Origin: an uncultured Methanosarcinales archaeon
Lineage (GTDB): Archaea; Nanobdellota; Nanobdellia; Woesearchaeales; JAGVZT01
Direction: 5' to 3'
Length of the DNA stretch: 58,036 bases
NCBI GenBank assembly: GCA_964419615.1
Contig: CAYQPU010000005.1
Coordinates: 1 to 58,036 of the forward strand
Under the pieces are notes generated by a model that was not told where the DNA came from, searched no databases, and saw only the letters and a program-made list of their open reading frames with translations. Made by a program: the position numbers and the translations under genes. Below, piece by piece: positions 57,094 to 58,036 of the stretch (positions are counted from its first letter, which is position 1; every line of letters starts with the position of its first letter).

Positions 57094-57126
57094 CTTTTTA
57101 CAAATAAAATCAAGGAGGAAAAGAAA

Positions 57127-57693
57127 ATGAACTTAGAATCAATTTTAGCAACAACAGGTCTGTATGCATTCACTCTAAGTGCTGGTTACTTAGTAATTAA
57201 GGATATGATTGAAAAAGATAAAAAGGAGAGAGAAAGAATCGCACCTTATGAACATGCAATTAGACTAGTAATTAGAGAATACGACGAGGATATCTTAGAT
57301 CCTTACAAAGAGTTTAAAGATTCAGTGAATGACCACACCTATCTTAGAATCGAAAATGGAGAATTGGTTTTTTTTAATTCTCTTGCAGTAAGTCATGGTA
57401 GGATAGTGATGTGTGAAGATGAAGAAGGTTTGCTCTCTGATGGATCTGAAAAAAAATATCTTTTGATGGTGAGAAAAGAAGATGGTGAATTTATTGAGTC
57501 TCTGGTTTTTGAAATTCCTACAGACCATGAAACAATAATTCATAGAGATGATCTGTCTGTTGAACCTCAAGAATGTGAATTATATAGTACTTGCGAATAT
57601 TATAACTTTCTTTTGGAAGATCGCATTGGAAATACTTTGGAGGTAAGACATAGGGTTAAAATAACCCAAGTTCCACCTGGTGGTTTTTTTTAA
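57127..57693 (+). CDS. Membrane-anchored hypothetical protein
   Basis: SD GGAGG before ATG 57127; the track start (57073) lies inside the tRNA. Confidence 0.7.
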   Translation: MNLESILATTGLYAFTLSAGYLVIKDMIEKDKKERERIAPYEHAIRLVIREYDEDILDPYKEFKDSVNDHTYLRIENGELVFFNSLAVSHGRIVMCEDEEGLLSDGSEKKYLLMVRKEDGEFIESLVFEIPTDHETIIHRDDLSVEPQECELYSTCEYYNFLLEDRIGNTLEVRHRVKITQVPPGGFF

Positions 57694-57708
57694 TAAGTTA
57701 AGAAAAAA

Positions 57709-58036
57709 ATGACACAAAACAAATTAGCCAGATTTTTGGAAGCAGGGATCTTTTATGATCCCTACCTTAATGTAGATGAAGTTATAAGAAGAATCCAAGA
57801 ATTAAAAGGGAAAAAGGTTAAGATACTCTATGGGGAGACTTATGATCTGTTTGGGTTGACTATTGACTCATTAAAGTATTACTTTGTTATCAACACACTG
57901 CATAATTTACTGGAAAAACAAGGTTATGAAGTTGAATCAAACATTCTTGTTGCAGATATAGCTTCAATTAGGAACGATAATGTGAATAAAGAAAAGGTAC
58001 TGGGTAAAATAAAGACAAATATTGGACTAATAAAAA
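57709..58036 (+). CDS. Partial ORF resembling a class Ic (TyrRS/TrpRS-like) Rossmann fold with a degenerate HIGH region; runs off the window
   Basis: Manual translation MTQNKLARF...KVKILYGETYDLFGLTIDSL...QGYEVESNILVADIASIRN. Confidence 0.5.
   Translation, partial: MTQNKLARFLEAGIFYDPYLNVDEVIRRIQELKGKKVKILYGETYDLFGLTIDSLKYYFVINTLHNLLEKQGYEVESNILVADIASIRNDNVNKEKVLGKIKTNIGLIK

Noticed and set aside
57073-57126. N-terminal extension of ORF 57073..57693
   Set aside because: Overlaps the tRNA-Trp intron and 3' exon; an SD-led ATG at 57127 is the better start.
1115-57570. Many short ORFs in the track lying antisense or out of frame inside well-supported genes (e.g. 10301..10630, 14023..14409, 32533..32916, 36218..36496, 53860..54120)
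   Set aside because: Fully overlap recognisable genes and show no motifs; typical shadow ORFs.

Overview
AT-rich archaeal chromosomal segment, most likely from a DPANN (Woesearchaeota-like) genome. The lineage is inferred from L37e/L44e/S8e, GINS, aMBF1, Sm, archaeal DnaG, an S-layer gene, bulge-helix-bulge (BHB) tRNA introns and a sparse metabolism. It holds about 60 CDS and six tRNA genes; I saw no CRISPR array, rRNA or recognisable transposase. Main discovery: each of the three aminoacyl-tRNA synthetase loci (asnA-asnS, serS, metG) is preceded by an unannotated 15-20 codon leader ORF enriched in the cognate amino acid (MAKQIKYQVQVCLANAFFNN*, MNIYMNQSSSSSQSS*, MKSNHSLKMMTSMLAMRMR*). Each leader starts 20-22 nt after a TATA box and is followed by a hairpin, a CATTG motif and a Shine-Dalgarno-led main gene, which suggests ribosome-mediated amino-acid sensing (attenuation) in an archaeon. 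Second highlight: tRNA-Leu(CAA) and a tRNA-Trp(CCA) 55 kb apart carry homologous long T-loop (59/60) introns with three covarying hairpins. All functional claims are inferred from sequence alone; no database searches or folding programs were run.
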